Shown one piece after another: positions 51,049 to 63,988 of a stretch of 64,000 nt of DNA; positions within the stretch are counted from its first letter, which is position 1; each line of letters opens with the position of its first letter. The stretch lies in the NCBI GenBank assembly GCA_965153285.1, contig OZ229114.1; one strand, 5' to 3'. Below the pieces are notes generated by a model, which saw only the letters and a list, made by a program, of their open reading frames with translations, searched no databases and had not been told where the DNA came from. This DNA comes from Podarcis tiliguerta (Eukaryota). Position numbers and translations under genes: made by a program.

Positions 51049-52239
51049 TGAGGGATGAGGTTGGTGCAGTGCAAATGCACCAGTGGAGCCAATCTGGTGC
51101 TTTTGCCAGCATGCTTGCAACATGCTGACCTTACCTCCCACCCTCCATCCTGGTAACTCAGCTGGACAGGAGGTCAGGTGATGGAGCAGCCCCCAACTAT
51201 ACAGCTACTGCCATTCGGACCCAATTTCAAGCAAGATGCACCTGCTTAGCTGTCTGATATGAATTGGCTTGTCTCACCTGCATGTACAATGTTTGTAGGC
51301 CAGGTGGGCCCTTCTCTTATGTGCTGATGTTGTACACATAGTGGCTGCAGGTCTAGTTTAAATGAGACAATTTATTTGTCTACTTGGCATCACTTTTAAG
51401 TCTGCCCACAGCCTTTTATGATGGTCTTGTGCAAAGGAATGGCTTATTGGAGCTGAGGGAGGATGGGATGGTCCCTGCAGGGAGGCCCAACAGGAAATTG
51501 CACTGTGCGTGTAAGCTACTTCTATTGTGTGAAATGAAAAGTTGAGGTTAGTAGCTCTGGCAGCAGAGATTGAGTTTCCAAACCTTTGGGGAGCTGGGAG
51601 ATCAGCCACTAGAGACATTTAGCAGTGCAGTATGATCAAAGTAGGCCTTAATTCTTGCCAGTTCTCAAGCAAGTATATCTCCTCACTGAACAACTACAGA
51701 GTTACATTGGAGTCCAGGGGAAATGATGAATGACACTATTTCCAGTCAGACTTGACCTCCAGCATCACTGTTCCTATCAACTCAGCACATGGTTCAAGTC
51801 TGAGCAGCCTTGAGGCACATGAGCATAAATGTGTGAAGGGAGACTCCCAGGAGCCTTCTGTGGCATGGCTGGCTTTTACTCTGGAGCCACCACAGGCACA
51901 AGCAACTGCCAGAGCCCTTTCTGCACCATTTGGCCTTGCACTAGTTCTAAGGAGGTTCTTGCAGACTCGAGGGAACCCAGGGTGCCTATGAAGCGCTGAA
52001 TTATTTCAGTATCATAAAGTTGGAATGGATCTAAAAGTGACCTGGATTAACCTCTGACCAGGGGCAAGGGGAGTGCATCCACCAGGCACCCCCAAAATCA
52101 ACCTATACATTCAAGATTACAATGTGTTGCAAGCACAGAGTGGGCGATACAGAGTAAATAGTTGGAGATGAATCACACAGACATGCAAGTCACATGCTGC
52201 AGTTTTACTGCTGCCTTTGCGGGGGTACCAGTAGGTATA

Positions 52240-52466
52240 GAGAAGAAGAAGAGTTTGGATTTGATATCCTGCTTTATCACTACCCGAAGGAGTCTCAAAA
52301 CGGCTAACATTCTCCCCACTCTGTGGGGTGAGTGGGGCTGAGAGACTTCAGAGAAGTGTGACTGGCCCAAGGTCACCCAGCAGCTGCATGTGGAGGAGCG
52401 GAGACGCGAACCCGGTTCCCCAGATTACGAATCTACCGCTCTTAACCACTACACCACACTGGCTCT
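52240..52466 (-). mobile_element. Squam3-type SINE with internal deletion
   Basis: Reverse complement of 859-1145 with a short (CTT)n tail. Confidence 0.87.
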
Positions 52467-52682
52467 CATTACCTGCTCACATTGCTTACATGTATCCCAC
52501 ATTTGCTCCCCCCAAAATGGCACAATGTCAAACAAGGCACTTCATAAATAAGTCACAATTTTGTTGGTTATGCTTTTTGACTGGTTGCATGATATTACTA
52601 GCTTTTCCTCTTTGAGGAAAAGGAGAAGCAACTTCAGTATGAAGAGCTGTCCTCTCAACTCTGCCTGCTTCCTTCACTGCAG

Positions 52683-52803
52683 GGCTGGGGATATTTGTGC
52701 GTATGTCAGCAACCGTCAGATATCACAGGGAATCAGTGGAGGCTTCATCACTTTGAACAATACAATGGACAACCTGTTCATGTACCTGAACTCTATCCCT
52801 AAG
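52683..52803 (+). CDS. Prominin exon (AGDICAYVSNRQ...LNSIPK)
   Basis: ctgcag / gtatat, 121 nt, in frame. Confidence 0.93.
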
Positions 52804-53569
52804 GTATATAGTCTATAAGCTGTATTATGCGCCTTCCCCTGCTTCCTTTCTGCAGGCAGGTGTCTTTTGTATTGTCCTCCTATCCTATCCTCCATGTATG
52901 ATCGCTTCTACTGCCCTGCCTACATAGCCAGGTGTTCTTCCTCTTCCTCTGCTTGTTTCCTACACCAGCCTCCATATGCCTTGCCCTGTTCCCCAGAAAT
53001 GCACCTCTGTATCCCTACCTCCAACCTCCAATGATCTATTTCTTATGAGCATCATAGCACTGTTTAGCGGCCATTATCCCACTGACTTGCCCTAAATCTG
53101 CACTTTCCACACTTCAGTAGCCATGGAAAACTACTTAGCCACCATCAGTTAGCAAGGGAAACTGGATCATATGATACCTGAGGAAGAATCCTGTGCCAGG
53201 AATAGAGGTCCATGGCTTTTCAAGCACAGGTACAAGGTGAATTCTGGGATCATGACAGGGCTACAGGGGTCATCTTGGTAGTTCTGGACTTCAGTGCCTT
53301 CTCAGGCACTTGTTTTCCATATCTGCTTTGATAAGGATATAAAAATATACTTGTTTAAACAGCAGCACAAACTGTTCACAGTACTGGAAGGCACAAACAT
53401 GCTTTACTGTTAACACAGAAGAATTATCAAAATGGTGCTGAGCTACATTGTTTACCGAGGTATATTGGTTTAATGGTACCTCCCACTGAAGGCAGCTCCC
53501 ACAAGAAACACAGGGACCAATATATCATGCCCTGCTAACTTCCTAGAGCTGTTTCTGAATAGTGAATTA

Positions 53570-53828
53570 CCGTATTTTTCGCTCTATAAGATGCACCAGA
53601 CCACAAGACGCACCTAGTTTTTGGAGGAGGAAAACAAGAAAAAAAATATTCTGAATCTCAGAAGCCAGAACAGCAAGAGGGATCGCTGCGCATTGAAAGC
53701 AGCAATCCCTCTTGCTGTTCTGGCTTCTGGGATAGCTGCGCAGCCTGCATTCGCTCCATAAGACGCACACACATTTCCCCTTACTTTTTAGGAGGGGAAA
53801 AGTGAGTCTTATAGAGCAAAAAATACGG
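53570..53828. mobile_element. Tc2/pogo-like MITE
   Basis: TA-ccgtatttttcgctctataaga ... tcttatagagcaaaaaatacgg-TA. Confidence 0.92.
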
Positions 53829-54614
53829 TAAATTGTTATTTGGGAAACCATTTGCAAAACCTACATGTGCCTGAAATATCTTTTTAACCCATGCTTAACC
53901 ATGGGGATTGGCAGGAGCTGGTCTGGATAGAAACACCCACCATACCTGGAGGCAAAATAACTGCAGTTTTGCTCCCAGTCCACAAAATGTTGGGTTGGCT
54001 ACGGCTGCAGTGTCTTCACCTGCAGAATTAGATGGTAGTCAATTTTGTATGTTCGGTTCCTCAATTTTTTTGCAAATAGTATTTGCCTCTATGGTGGAAG
54101 ATACTCATGAACACTTACTTCTAAGCTGTGATCCATTACGAAGTTCCACATATATTTTTGCAGGACAAACCTAAGTGTGTTTATGTCGAAATTAGTGCTC
54201 AAAGGGGACTGATTTCCCAGTAAGTGTACACAGGATGGTAGTCTTTAGGGCTTATTTTGTAGACTTTCTACACAATATTTATTTATTTAGGCTATTTATA
54301 TAATGCTATTTCATAGAAAACAAACATCAATTAAGTATTGTGGAAAGATGTATTCTAATTGGCAGTGATTCAGGAGTTCAAAGAAATCTTTTCAACTGGA
54401 TTGGTGTAAAACTGGGGAGTGAGACAATGCGGAAGCAATGCACTTCAGTACAATGGGCACTTTTGAGTCCTCTGTGTTCAAGTAATGCACATCATGCTGT
54501 TGTCCTTATAATTTCATATCCATGACCATAAATATGTTCAGGATCTTGATCCCGCTTGCTGCCCCCTCCCCTGCAGAGCATACTGTATTTCATCACTTTC
54601 CTGGTTCTTCACAG

Positions 54615-54678
54615 GAGATTAATGACATCATTGACTCCAGTTCGGTGCCACTGAAGCAAGCCAATCAGAGCCTGCAAG
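54615..54678 (+). CDS. Prominin exon (EINDIIDSSSVPLKQANQSLQ)
   Basis: tcacag / gtgagt, 64 nt. Confidence 0.92.
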
Positions 54679-55407
54679 GTGAGTTTCTGCCACTGGCCAC
54701 AATCTGTGCTGTTTAAATCTTGAGTGAGTGAGGCAAAAAAAGCAGGCCTCAAGCTTGGAAATCAACTGAAATTACCCAGTCTCATTGGTGGAGGTGTGGT
54801 CAAGGAGCAAGCCAGGAGTCAGGGTCAACTAGCAGGCCACAACTGGAGGACAAACCAAGAGTTTGGGAGTCAGAAATGGAGGACAAACTAGCTGGCACGA
54901 ACAAAGAAGTATGAAGGATTCAGCGAACACACCAGTGCTCAGGAAGACTTCGTTGCTCAAGCAAGGCTCAGCTGAAATGGGTAGCCTTTTATATTTCTTC
55001 CTGCTCAGGAAGATACAGTGTCCAGCCAGGGTGGGTAGAGTCAGACCAGTACTGGAAGGGTCTTCACTAAGAAGATGTTCACCTGAAGCTCAGTGCTCCA
55101 CCACACAAGACAGCTGCATACAGACCCAGCATTTCCTGAGAATTAGAAGTCTGCCCCAAAGTTCAGTGGTCATCTGCAGAATTCCTTCCTTTATCCTTGT
55201 GGCCTGCTTCATCCACGCAGTCATCATTGAGTTCTGCTCCTACTTAAACTGTAGAGCTTTGGTATGTACCCAAAGCATTTCCCATTATCCCTTTATCATT
55301 CAAGGAGATCTCAATGTCCATAAACCATTTTTTTCTGGCATTTGGTATGTGACATAATAGTGGGAAGCATTCTTGTTGATCCTCTTGTTGTGATGTTTTC
55401 TCTGCAG

Positions 55408-55497
55408 AGATTGGGCAGACTTTGGGAGACAAGATCAAGAATCAATTAAGTGGACGAGTAAACGAAGCACTGGACGATGCTGAACATCTTCTCAATG
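55408..55497 (+). CDS. Prominin exon (EIGQTLGDKIKNQLSGRVNEALDDAEHLLN)
   Basis: ctgcag / gtactg, 90 nt. Confidence 0.92.
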
Positions 55498-56247
55498 GTA
55501 CTGACCTACTGTTTAACGAAGAGTGTGTTGTAGGATCTAGTAGTAGAGATGGAGGCCCAGAAAGTGTGTCAGTTTAACTGTGGCACAGGACGAGGCAAAG
55601 GTGCTCAGGGGACAAAGAAGGTTTAGAGCATGGGTCAGGAATTTTTGGCCCTCCAGATGTTGTTGGGACTCCAACCCCCATCAGCCACAGCCAGCATGGC
55701 TAATGATCAGGGCTGATGGGAACTGTAGTCCAGCAACTTCTGGAGGGCCAAAGGATAGCCAGCCCCTGCTTGGGAGAAAAGTGCTCATTGCTGCAGTTCA
55801 GTGTCATGAATTTGATTTGTTTGTTTAAAGCATTGTTTTGTTTTGTTTATGTTTTTACCCCTCTTTATGTGACTGCTTCAATCTGTGGAACTGGCAATGT
55901 TATAAGTCCTGTATAGTATTTGTTCTGCATTTGTAAGAAATTGATCTTGTAGTGGGGCAGCCTCCACACTTCAGAACTCCTTGCCTATTGACATCAGGCA
56001 GGTGCCTACGTTGTGCTCTTTTTGGCACCTGCTAAAAACATTTTAGTTTAGGTAAGCCTATCCAGATATGTTGAATGTTGACAGGGTTTTTACTCTGGTT
56101 TTTAGCTTATTGTATGTATGTGTGTTTGTACACACACACACACACACTGATAATTTCATTGTTTTATATCTTTGTTAACTTACTTTTTACATTCAAGTAC
56201 CATATAAATTTTACAAAATAAATAAATTGCATTTGATTTGTTCATTG

Positions 56248-56530
56248 AGGTCCAGCTCTGAGGGCCTTCTGGTGGTTCCCTCCCTGTGAGGTTACAGGGA
56301 ACCAGGCAGAAAGGGCCTTCTCGGTAGTGGCGCCCGCCCTGTGGAATGCCATCCTGTCAGATGTCAAAGAGATAAATAATTATTTGACCTTCCGTAGACA
56401 TCTGAAGGCAGCCCAGGAAGCTTTCAGTGTGTGGTGTTCTGTTGTGTTCTTATTTATTCTGTTGGAAGCCACCCAGAGTGGCTGGGGCAACGAACTCAGA
56501 TGGGTGGGGTACACAAATTTATTTATTTAG
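56248..56530 (+). mobile_element. L2 LINE 3' end
   Basis: RAFSVVAPALWNA.....KE..NYLTFRRHLK and squamate L2 tail gccacccagagtggctggggcaac. Confidence 0.8.
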
Positions 56531-56646
56531 TTTTATTTTATTTCATAAAACTTATGCACCACTTGATTCCCTTGTGCTAAAAACTATCTGTCACCAGGGT
56601 GGAGATTGCAAAGTTCCTCCTCACTCTTTTTCTCTGTCCATTGCAG

Positions 56647-56837
56647 TGACTAGCTCTGTGGAAAAAGAGCTCCGGGCAGTCAATGAGTCAACAAATCACT
56701 TGCGGGACCTTCAGGAACAGCTGAACCAAAACCTGACTGCCTTGAGCACTGATATCAACCAGACTTTGAAAGAGTGTGGTGCGCCTTGCAAGGATGTGCG
56801 AGTGGTGAACCTGGAGCTTGGGGCCAATCTCAGTGCG
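56647..56837 (+). CDS. Prominin exon (VTSSVEKELRAVNES...CGAPC...GANLSA)
   Basis: ttgcag / gtaaaa, 191 nt. Confidence 0.92.
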
Positions 56838-57243
56838 GTAAAATGGGGTTGGAGCACAGAGAACTTTGGGAAAGGGATGGTGGGTTTTTAGAGAACATGG
56901 GAAGAAGACCACTTTCAGGATAAGTGGGCTTAGCTAATTGAGTGACACTACTGAGACAGAGGCTAAAGCCAGTGTCAGGTGGTGCAATAGATGTCAGGGT
57001 GGAATCTCAGCTGAGGGCTGGCTACAGTGTTGGAGCGTGTCTACAAGATGCCCATGGATGTGTTTGTCTGGTCTTGCCAGCACGTAAACATACAAACGTC
57101 TCAGTGGACGCTACGTTGCTCTTACCTGTGTCAGTGTAAACATTTGAGTGAAACACAAAGATTCCTACCCCTCCCAGAATACAATGCATCATCACTTTAA
57201 TTTCTTATAGATAGATAAACTGCCCCTTTATCTGTTCCCACAG

Positions 57244-57318
57244 GTTCCGGATGTCAGCCGCCCACTCCAGCTGTTGACCAATCTGACAGACTCAAACCCT
57301 CAGGACACCATTGCAAAG
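57244..57318 (+). CDS. Prominin exon (VPDVSRPLQLLTNLTDSNPQDTIAK)
   Basis: ccacag / gtaaca, 75 nt. Confidence 0.92.
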
Positions 57319-57731
57319 GTAACATCCTTCCCTCCGTCCATCTTTTCTCTCTCCTCCGCAATCAGAGTGTGCCACACAGAGCAGGCTTTCTGAGTGCCCA
57401 TGCCAGGTGGCAGTGTGCCAGGGACGGCCTGTCTAGGAGAGGCTGTGCAGTAGGAGCAGAACCACAGACTGAGCCTAGCATCATAAATCACAGCCTTGGG
57501 CCATAGGGCTCCCCTGATCTCTCAAACCATCAATGTCTGTATCCCATCCTCAGAAGGTATTGTTAGCCCACTTCCTCTTTGGAATCAGCACGTATTGCAA
57601 TGCCTTTTTGATTCACATTGCTTTGCCCTTTGTTCAACACTATAAGAGCATATGTGATTCTGAGATCTCTGTGTTGTTTGTCTTTTGTTTCCATCTGCAT
57701 ATGTCTTTATTCTGGGTTCTGGCATTGGCAG

Positions 57732-57795
57732 GCAAGAAAAGCTCTGGCTGATATTCCAAAGAAGGTGTCTGAACAAACCAAAAAGGTGGTGTCTG
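57732..57795 (+). CDS. Prominin exon (ARKALADIPKKVSEQTKKVVS)
   Basis: tggcag / gtaagt, 64 nt. Confidence 0.92.
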
Positions 57796-58640
57796 GTAAG
57801 TAGTTTCAGCAGATAGATAAAGGTGTGTGTATTCTCATTTCAAGAACCAGTTGAAAGGCTATGGTTACACTTATAACGTCCTCAGCAACTAGAGGTCACC
57901 TGCCAAATATCTCTTTGATCAGTTCACATTAATATGCAGAATTTAGTCAAGTCTCGGCTCTCAGCCATTCAATATAACTGTTTACAGTTATGCAATAGTG
58001 CAGCCTTTTCTTTGTTTAGAAATTGTTATTCTACAAATATACCTTCTATATAGTAATTGGAGTTCACACCTGTGCATGTCCAAGCAACATGGCATTTCCT
58101 GTCCTGAAGCTGCAGTTACAGCTACCTGCTGTGGATGCATGGAGTGATAGGTGTGAGTTAATCACATGTGAACATATGAAGCTCTTGTTCTACAGTCAAA
58201 TCAATTATCTGTCTGTCCCCTTTCTTTTTTTCTTTTTTTTCCTTCTCCCCCTAATGCCTCAACAAATGAAACGGATTTGCAAAAATGTTACATGGGGGGA
58301 AAAAATACGAGGCATTACACTTACCTCTGTAAAACAAGAAAATCCTTAATAAAATATTTTTTTAAAAAATCAATGATCTGTCCAGCCCACTGTCTACTCT
58401 GATTCACGGTAGTTCTACAAATTCCATTGAGATCCCTTAATTGGAGATGCTAAGGAATTCAGTCTAGGACCTTGGACATGCATTCACTCTTATCACTGAG
58501 CTACAAGATGTCCCAAAACATTTTAAAAACGTATGTCCTCCTATGGACCAATGCCACGTACACACTGTTGTTTAGAGGACATGGCTAGTCTGCATATTCT
58601 TGCTAGCTCCTCCATTTATTAGGCATCAGTGGGGCTCAGT

Positions 58641-58938
58641 CAGGGCTGTCTTACGCATTTGCGGCGCTGGGATACAAAGAGTGCCCCCCCTGGTTGCCCA
58701 GTCCCAGGGGCGCAGGAGGGCAGAGCGGCCACCCACCTCAGCATCTCACTGGCTTGGTCACCCCCGAACTCGTGGTGCAGAGCCACCTGCAGCAAAAGAG
58801 CCTACCACAGTGCTCTGACTGACAGACGGGCTCTTCCCCGGACTCAGCTCTCGGGTCCCGGACTCTCAGCCTGGCGCCCCTGAGAGCCTGGCACCCAGGT
58901 GCCCCGCACCCCTAGTGCCTATGGGTAAGATGGCCTTG
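58641..58938. mobile_element. hAT (Tip100-like) non-autonomous element
   Basis: cagggctgtcttac / gtaagatggccttg ends and an 8-bp TSD ggctcagt. Confidence 0.82.
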
Positions 58939-59226
58939 GGCTCAGTGGAGCTGGATGTTTCCCTTCTCCCAATCCACAGCTTTCCTTGTCCTTCCTGCTT
59001 TGTCTTCCATAACTTGAACTGAATGAAGGATGGGTAGCCGGAAATGAAGGAGGCATGAGATTTGCTGAGGAGTGTGAATGGTTCTTCCTCGGAGAGCTAA
59101 TAGGCAATTGGGCATAAAATACTACATATCCGGAACACATAGCAGGTGGCTGCCCCGTGGTAAGATGCTCTCTGCCATAGTGAACAAAGTATATTTGTTT
59201 ATCTGTGTATCTTTTGGTCCTTGCAG

Positions 59227-59386
59227 AAGGAGAGGCTCGCCTCCGTGATGTCGAGCAAGCGATTGAAGATAGCCGTAGCAACTTTTCCACACTGAGCAGA
59301 ATGGGGAATATCTCTCAGTCCATGACAGATGTTGTCAGTTGGGCGAGTACCTATGAGCCGGATATCGTCACCTATGATAGTTACAG
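59227..59386 (+). CDS. Prominin exon (EGEARLRDVEQ...IVTYDSY)
   Basis: ttgcag / gtatga, 160 nt. Confidence 0.93.
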
Positions 59387-59949
59387 GTATGAATTAAAGT
59401 GTTCTCAGAGTATTGTAAGCTGGGGGAATCCCTTAGGTTAGCTTAAGCCACGCTAGGTCATGTGTTGGATGAAATGTTGGTCCCTTGTCCCTCCTGACCA
59501 TGAGTGGTCATATGTTATCAAAATGGCAGCTGTAGGAAATGGGATGAGAATGGTAGCCTAAATGAAGGGCTAAAAGCTTTCTGGCCACTATTTTGGAAGC
59601 CTCTGATGTGCAGTTTCATGTCACACTGAGGGTTTCCCACAGCATTTTTGGACAGGGCACCACATCTAGTCTGCAGTAGTATGAAAATTAAAATCCTTGT
59701 CTTCCGATTTGGTTAATTGGCCCAGATAGCCCTTGTTTTTCTTCAGTGCTATACCATTCAGTGCTATACCATAACCTAGACTTGGATGGGATCTCATGTT
59801 TTCTAATTTGCTTCCTCTTGTGGCCAACAGAGTCTTGCTGACGCTGGTTTTTAGCAGAGATCAAACCCATTACCAGGTTTTGACTCCTTCCTTCCTTTAG
59901 CCATTGCCTTCTGTTGGAGTATTAACTGTTTTCCTTTTCCTTACTGTAG

Positions 59950-60102
59950 GTGGATTGCTGGCCTTTGCCTCTGCTCTCTGGTACTCGTGATCATTGTATT
60001 CAACATGCTGGGCCTGTTGTTTGGGGCACTTGGGCTAAACCCGCGAGAGATGCCTACCAAACGGAGCTGCCTCGCAAACACTGGTGGAGACCTCCTCATG
60101 GC
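59950..60102 (+). CDS. Prominin exon: TM3 and loop (RWIAGLCLCSLVLVIIVFNMLGLLFG...PTKRSCLANTGGDLLMA)
   Basis: ctgtag / gtaaga, 153 nt. Confidence 0.95.
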
Positions 60103-60838
60103 GTAAGAGTCTTTGCACCTTCTCCCATCTCATGACAGAGAGTCATCCAATAACTCAAAAGAATGTAGGAAGCTGCTGCTTCATCCCATGTCAGGCCCTT
60201 GGTTCATCTGGCACAGCACCATCAATGCTGACTGGCAGTGGCTTTCCAGAGTTTCAGCTAGACGTCCTTCCAAGCCCTACTTGGAGATGCCAGGGATTCA
60301 TCCTGGAACCCTCTGCATGCAAAACTCATGTTCTGTTACAGAGCTCTGGCCTGTACCCTTATTACCCTTCCTGATGATTGCCAAATGTTGCCAAGCTGCA
60401 TTACGGTGTAGCAAATGTGAGAGCATGGGTGGCAGGACTCAGGAGGCAGCTGTAGATCTTTACGTGTATTGCTGGTTGCCTGATTCCCCAGCTCTCTGGG
60501 AGCTATTCTATGGAGGGTTTCCCCATACACAATCTGTTTTGTGTACAGGCTCCTACTAGAGAAAGATAGGGTGGGAATGTCCTTAAGTATCCAGAAATGC
60601 AGCGTTACTGGCAGATTGGCACAGTGCAGAGCCATGCCCCCTGAGTATTTTGGCACCCTGACCTTGTCCTGGGCTTTCACGTGGACCTCTGGCTGTTCCT
60701 TATGCTTATCTGCTGGATTGTGTGTCAGAATGAATGGAAGGGTTGCCTGGGGCAAATGTGCAAGGGCTCTGACGGCTGCTGTTCACATCCATCCAGCGAA
60801 ATCCCAGACCTCCAATCATGTTTTCCCTTCTCTGACAG

Positions 60839-60962
60839 GAGCGTTGGATTCAGCTTCATATTTTCATGGCTGCTGATGCTGCTGGTTCTGCTGACATTTT
60901 TAGTTGGGGGAAGTATGTACACAGTGGTGTGCCGGCCGTGGGCCGATGGGCATCTCCTTCAG
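60839..60962 (+). CDS. Prominin exon: TM4 (SVGFSFIFSWLLMLLVLLTFLVGGSMYTVVCRPWADGHLLQ)
   Basis: tgacag / gtaagt, 124 nt. Confidence 0.95.
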
Positions 60963-61293
60963 GTAAGTCCCTTGGGCTAGCATGAGTATTCTTTGATACT
61001 GCTGAGTGCCATCTGGGGGGGAAATAATGTGGGCGAGGAGAGAAGTGAGTCATGGTTTCCCTTAACACCAGACCAGAACCCACACACTGTAACCTTAGAT
61101 TCTAATCCTGGGATCCCATCTCTCCCCCTTGTCAATCATTATCATTTTGGCATGGAAATTGCTGAAGTAGGCATGAGACAGCCAGGCAATCCCACATTCT
61201 GCAGAGGAGGAAATCGCAGGGAGAGGCAAATACTGAAGATGTTTTGAGTTGAGAGGCTAAGAATCTAATTAATGACTCTTTATTTTCTTCTAG

Positions 61294-61385
61294 TTTCTGG
61301 ACACACCAGGGTTGTTTCCTGAATTCAACCTGACACGGCTCTTGCATTTGAAGAGTTCTGATGTGAACCTCTCCAGCCTGTACAA
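61294..61385 (+). CDS. Prominin exon (FLDTPGLFPEFNLTRLLHLKSSDVNLSSLY)
   Basis: ttctag / gtgagt, 92 nt. Confidence 0.93.
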
Positions 61386-61892
61386 GTGAGTGGCTGGCTG
61401 GCTAGATTCCTGCCTGCTGTGACTTTGGTTCTCACCTTCCCCCAAAGGGAGAGAGACTCTTGAGAGTAGGGTGGGAACTGCAGGCCTGATAGAGTCAGGC
61501 ATGCAGTGTATGGGAGTAGGGAAAAGTAAGTTCCACCCACTTGCCAACATGCAATGTCAGGGTACCATGCACAGCCATGCCAGGGGGCCCTGGTGCAGAG
61601 AGGTTTTTTTAAATTTTTTTTAGTTTTTTCAGATTTTGAAATTTGCAAACGATTATCAAACAACCAACATAGAGAATTATTTTCCCTTACATTTCCAACA
61701 TGTATTTGACCTTATTTTATACAAGCTAGTTTACTAGGGGTTAAATACCAATGATACATCAATTTCATAAATTTTCTTTCAATGTATAACATGCTGTTAA
61801 CTTCAAATCCCAGTTCCATAGCTTCTCCCATGCTGTAAGTTGTATATTATGTCCAAAGTCCTTGCCCAGCATAGACAGGAAGCTTCATAATA

Positions 61893-62089
61893 CAGTCGTA
61901 CCTACCATAATACAGTCCGTTTGACTTCTAAAACATTCGGAAACCAAAGTATGGCTTGAAGCCGTGGGAGTCCCGTCAGACGTTTGGGTTCCAAAGAAAG
62001 TTCGCAAACTGGAATACTTCCTTCCGGGTTTGCAGCATTTGGGAGCCGAAACATCCAAGTACCAAGGTGTTCAGGATCCAGTTTGACTG
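61893..62089. mobile_element. Decayed Tigger-like MITE
   Basis: TA-cagtcgtacc ... tttgactg-TA. Confidence 0.55.
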
Positions 62090-62414
62090 TATAATCTTAA
62101 ATCTGGTGCAGAGAAGTCTTTCCCTGACCCACAACTTCTCCATTCTGCCAAGAGTTTGCTAGAATACAGCCTGAATCCTGCTTTTCTTTCTCTGAGGTAC
62201 CTTTCAGCCTGATCACTGTGCTTCTTAGTCCTACTATTTCGCCACAGTTTTTGCCCCCATGCTGAGCTTGTCACCAGCAGCCCCATTGCCCCCTGGCGTA
62301 AGAGTTAAACTACATGATTGGAAAGCTTGATTGCGTGGTGATGCTGTTTCCCCAGTTTATGTTTGACATAGCACAGTGTATGCTGGTCTCTCAGCTCCGT
62401 TTTCACTCTTGCAG

Positions 62415-62499
62415 GAACTGTGAAAACAATGCCCCCTTGTGGAGCACCCTTCACCTGGGTGAGGTCATCCCTCTGGATGAGATCCTAAACACCAGCAAG
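62415..62499 (+). CDS. Prominin exon (NCENNAPLWSTLHLGEVIPLDEILNTSK)
   Basis: ttgcag / gtcagt, 85 nt. Confidence 0.93.
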
Positions 62500-62713
62500 G
62501 TCAGTGATGAGTGTCTGTAGCTGAACTGAGGCAGCCACAAGAGAAATTGAATGACCAGCAAGATTAGTGTCCTCAGATATGCTCTGGGTTAGTTTAAAGT
62601 CCAGATCTGGGGCATATCTTCAGCCACCTGGAGAACCCCAGAGAAGTGTCCTGGGAGACTGGATTGTTATGTACCCTGCACCTACTTGCCTTGTTTTTCT
62701 TTTGCTCTTACAG

Positions 62714-62860
62714 TACACCGATAATATTGATGCAGCCTTAAGAAAAATAAATATCAGTTTGGGCTCAACTGAGCTCCTGAAGGAGGAGCAGAAGCGTCGC
62801 CTGCAGGAACTGGGCTCAAAGGATGGGCTGAACCTGAATTTTTCCAGTGCTCTGAAACAA
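62714..62860 (+). CDS. Prominin exon (YTDNIDAALRKINISLG...LNFSSALKQ)
   Basis: ttacag / gtgaga, 147 nt. Confidence 0.93.
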
Positions 62861-63469
62861 GTGAGATGAGAGGGTGGAACAGCTTATCACAAGATGATTT
62901 CTTTTCTTGATCTTTATGGGGTTTGACATTGTCTGGTATCTTGTGAGATATGTCACATCTGAAAAAGAGTCGTGTTTTGTTTTTTTTTTAAATAAAAAGG
63001 TTAGGCCATTCAAAGTAGTTTAGATTGCCTAATAGGACTAGTGACTTGCCTAGAAAATGATATCATTGCCAGTAATAGTAGTGTAGGCTCCATCCCCACA
63101 GAAAAATGAATGCCCTTCATGCTTGCTGGGGTATGAATTGCTGCAGGAAGGAATCCGTCAGCTGGGATATTCTGATTAACTGACAATGGAAGGGTCGTTG
63201 GGTTGATGATGTCAGCATAGGTTTCTGGCAGCTGCTCAGTCTGTTCAGGAGAAAGGATAGTGTCCGGAAAGGGCTTTGGGTGCAGCCCAAAAGGAAAGCC
63301 GTTCCCCAACAAAACCTGTGCAGGTTACTGAGTTTAAGAAAATCTCAAAGACATCTGTATAATGAAATCATGCCATTCCACATAAATAAAAGCAGCAGTT
63401 AACACGTAAACAGGACAGGATTTGCCTGGTGCCTAAAAGCAACGACGAAGATGCCCGGCAGATCACCTT

Positions 63470-63656
63470 TGGGAGGGAGATCCATAATTGCTGCCAAGGA
63501 GTGTGGTGGAGTCTCCTTCTTTGGAGGTCTTTAAGCAGAGGCTTGACAACCATATGTCAGGAGTGCTCTGATGGTGTTTCCTGCTTGGCAGGGGGTTGGA
63601 CTCGATGGCCCTTGTGGTCTCTTCCAACTCTATGATTCTATGATTCTATGATTCTA
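63470..63656 (+). mobile_element. CR1 LINE 3' end with (ATTCTATG)n tail
   Basis: gtggtggagtctccttctttggaggtctttaagcagagg...ttccaactctatgattctatgattctatgattcta. Confidence 0.9.
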
Positions 63657-63988
63657 ATTAGAGCACAGTCACTAAAAAGGTACGCTCTTTGGATGGCACC
63701 CACATGTCCTTTTGTAGGTGAGGGCACCCAGAAAAGAGCCTCTGATTGTTGTCTCACAGATCATTGGAGGTGGAGGGATGAGGTGAGCTTTCTCTTCCCA
63801 GAGGTGTGATGTGAAATAATAATAGCTTATGTATCAATGGGTTCAAAATGAAATAAAACAAGTTGGAAAGCGGATTCTATGAAGTGTGCGAACTTAATCT
63901 GCCTGGGCCCTGACCTTACTCACTCCAATGTCTCTTGCTATCCTTGAGGAGCTGACCCACCGTGTGCTCTCTGTCCCTTTCTTTGCAG

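Noticed and set aside
51723-51803. ATGATGA ... CTGA spaced like an intronic C/D snoRNA
   Set aside because: No terminal stem, no clear C'/D' boxes and no recognisable rRNA or snRNA guide
54730-55140. Possible minus-strand Gypsy solo LTR and overlapping 164-aa ORF
   Set aside because: Could not define TG...CA ends or a TSD; the ORF has no recognisable domain
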